Positions 62,571 through 64,000 of a stretch of DNA of 64,000 nucleotides are shown piece after piece. Every line of letters starts with the position of its first letter. Positions within the stretch are counted from its first letter, which is position 1. This DNA is from an uncultured Bacteroidales bacterium (GTDB lineage: Bacteria; Bacteroidota; Bacteroidia; Bacteroidales; UBA7960), in assembly GCA_964624065.1 (NCBI GenBank), contig CAZUWF010000003.1, forward strand, positions 89,471 to 153,470, read 5' to 3'. Made by a program: the position numbers and the translations under genes. The notes beneath the pieces were generated by a model. The model searched no databases and was not told the DNA's origin. It saw only the letters and a list, made by a program, of their open reading frames with translations.

Positions 62571-63236
62571 TCAAACATTCAGGTACTTCATGAGCGCCTC
62601 GTACCGGTTATTCAACAGCTCGTCGAGCTTGCTTTCTTCCGAGTAACTTGCCAAAACTAAATAATTGTACCGGTTAAAAGTTTGAATTATTGCAGATGTG
62701 TCAATTTTGTTTACCTTTATTGTAACCTCAATGCGAGTGCTATCGGAAAAGGAATTAATGTACGAACTCAGAACCTTTGCATCGTTGCTTTCTACAATCC
62801 TTGAAATTTCGCTAAGGGCATAATTATGCTGACTTACTTCCACAACAATTATGCTGCCAGGTTGCTGAAATGAGGTTGATTTGGCAAATTCAAAAACAAG
62901 AGTCTTAAGTGTAATGCAGCCAAGAAAGGATTCGTTTTGATCAACCACGGGAAGAAGGGTGAGCTTATTGTCGGCCATTAGGCGCACCACGTCAAACATA
63001 TGCTGCGACTCCAAAGCCCGACAGCCCGCAACAAGTAAGGTGTGGTGGCTGATAGGCTCTTCTAGGGCATTTTTCCCAATCAGTTCCTCTTCCGAAACAA
63101 GACCCAATAACTTACCATCAACAACTACGGGAGCATGTTCCACGTGCATTTCGTCCAACCAGGCCAAAGCGTTTACGGCCTCCTCGGTTGGAGCCAGTGG
63201 AGGTATGGTAAGACTAATAAGATCTCTGGCAAGCAT
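62571..63236 (-). CDS. CBS domain-containing protein
   Basis: Two CBS-like modules (HAPVVVDGKLLGLVSEEELI and LLPVVDQNESFLGCITLKTLV) followed by an ACT-like tail. Confidence 0.7.
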   Translation of the reverse strand: MLARDLISLTIPPLAPTEEAVNALAWLDEMHVEHAPVVVDGKLLGLVSEEELIGKNALEEPISHHTLLVAGCRALESQHMFDVVRLMADNKLTLLPVVDQNESFLGCITLKTLVFEFAKSTSFQQPGSIIVVEVSQHNYALSEISRIVESNDAKVLSSYINSFSDSTRIEVTIKVNKIDTSAIIQTFNRYNYLVLASYSEESKLDELLNNRYEALMKYLNV

Positions 63237-63407
63237 AGAATTAACTTTTGAAGGTCAAATTTAGAATATTTTTTTTGTTCGATCAATTTTGTTGGTAAAA
63301 GCAGTAAAGATTTTTGCCCGTCAACACCTCATCATTTTTACCCAAAGAATCTTCATTTGCCAATATTTTGTATTTTTGACGGTAGTTTAAAACCAAAATC
63401 AATACTT

Positions 63408-64000
63408 ATGAAAATCTTTACCTGCCTTTCTAGATTCCTGATTTATGTGCTTTTGACAACCACCCTTTTGCAACCAAAGGCATTTGGATGGTCGGAGCAT
63501 CCTCTTATGGTTTATCCCGTGTTGAAAAACATTCCTAGGGTGGCCAACGCCCAACCAGTGGAGGTGAAAACCCTAATGCAGTTTTTGATGGAAGAGGAAA
63601 AGGGGATTGCGGCACTTTTGGCAAATCAAGAGGAGTGGTCCAGAACCAATCTCAAATCATACGCGCCGCGTCCCGAAGGGCTTGCATTTATCGCCACCGG
63701 AAACCCAGGCGATATTGTTTTGCGTTTTCTTTCCGCAATTAGGGTTAATCCCAATATAAAACTAGCCCTGTATTACCACTTACCACCTGGGGTTGATAAT
63801 CCTGGTCGGGATACTCTAAGCTTCAGGCTTCTAACCACACTCGACAGCTCCAGCGAAATGGAGGCTGCCACGTACTTAGGGTTAAACGCGGGGGATCTCA
63901 TAGAGCCCCTCTTCGTGCTAACCTCCGCCAACAACGAGCCCGATTACGGGTTAGACCTTGGCCTGTTCGTAGACAACAACACCACTTGGGGTAGAAAGTA
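63408..64000 (+). CDS. Hypothetical exported protein, 3'-truncated by the window end
   Basis: Not in the ORF track because no stop falls in the window. I read it by hand from the ATG at 63408 (MKIFTCLSRFLIYVLLTTTLLQPKAFGWSEHPLMVYP...), and it stays open for 197 codons to the window end. Confidence 0.55.
   Translation, partial: MKIFTCLSRFLIYVLLTTTLLQPKAFGWSEHPLMVYPVLKNIPRVANAQPVEVKTLMQFLMEEEKGIAALLANQEEWSRTNLKSYAPRPEGLAFIATGNPGDIVLRFLSAIRVNPNIKLALYYHLPPGVDNPGRDTLSFRLLTTLDSSSEMEAATYLGLNAGDLIEPLFVLTSANNEPDYGLDLGLFVDNNTTWGRK

Noticed and set aside
1-64000. CRISPR arrays, rRNA genes, IS elements, integrases, prophage genes and classical defence-system genes.
   Set aside because: I saw no spaced direct repeats and no transposase, integrase, recombinase or large nuclease/ATPase ORFs in the six-frame track. 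The sulfur operon shows no flanking tRNA or repeat that would mark it as an island.

Overview
The window looks like a chromosomal segment from a Bacteroidota bacterium. This is inferred from T9SS type-A and type-B C-terminal sorting domains, PorP/SprF, GldH, an IPExxxVDY-family gene and TAnnTTTG-type -7 promoter motifs. About 85-90% is ordinary, densely packed coding sequence. It includes housekeeping genes (polA, holB, recO, PBP1A, purN, acpP-fabF-rnc, asd, malQ), several T9SS cargo genes, an ABC exporter, peptidases and regulators. I found no rRNA, tRNA, CRISPR array, transposase or integrase.

The standout feature is a 13-gene operon on the minus strand (about 31411 down to 18656), with a hairpin terminator at 18599-18632.
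- Uptake and periplasmic part: it begins with a TusA/YeeE thiosulfate-uptake-like pair, then four rhodanese-family exported proteins or lipoproteins and a beta-barrel porin.
- Cytoplasmic relay: it continues with DsrE-like and TusA-like relay proteins.
- Redox module: it ends in a Qmo/Hdr-like module made of MvhD, an HdrA with an embedded GltD/NfnB-like NAD(P)H domain, a second HdrA-like protein with a C-terminal wHTH, and a QmoC/HdrE-like membrane FeS subunit.
- Missing partners: the window contains no HdrB/C, AprAB, Dsr or Sox partner.
- SoxY-like tails: two of the rhodanese-like lipoproteins end in a ...SGGCGD tail resembling the SoxY carrier arm.
- Likely regulator: a divergent Cys-rich Crp/Fnr gene and a perfect AATTGAC-N4-GTCAATT palindrome sit upstream.

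Separately, five ORF-poor tracts (about 5.6 kb in total) interrupt the otherwise dense coding. They look like decayed genes or unannotated RNA loci, and I could not identify them by eye.
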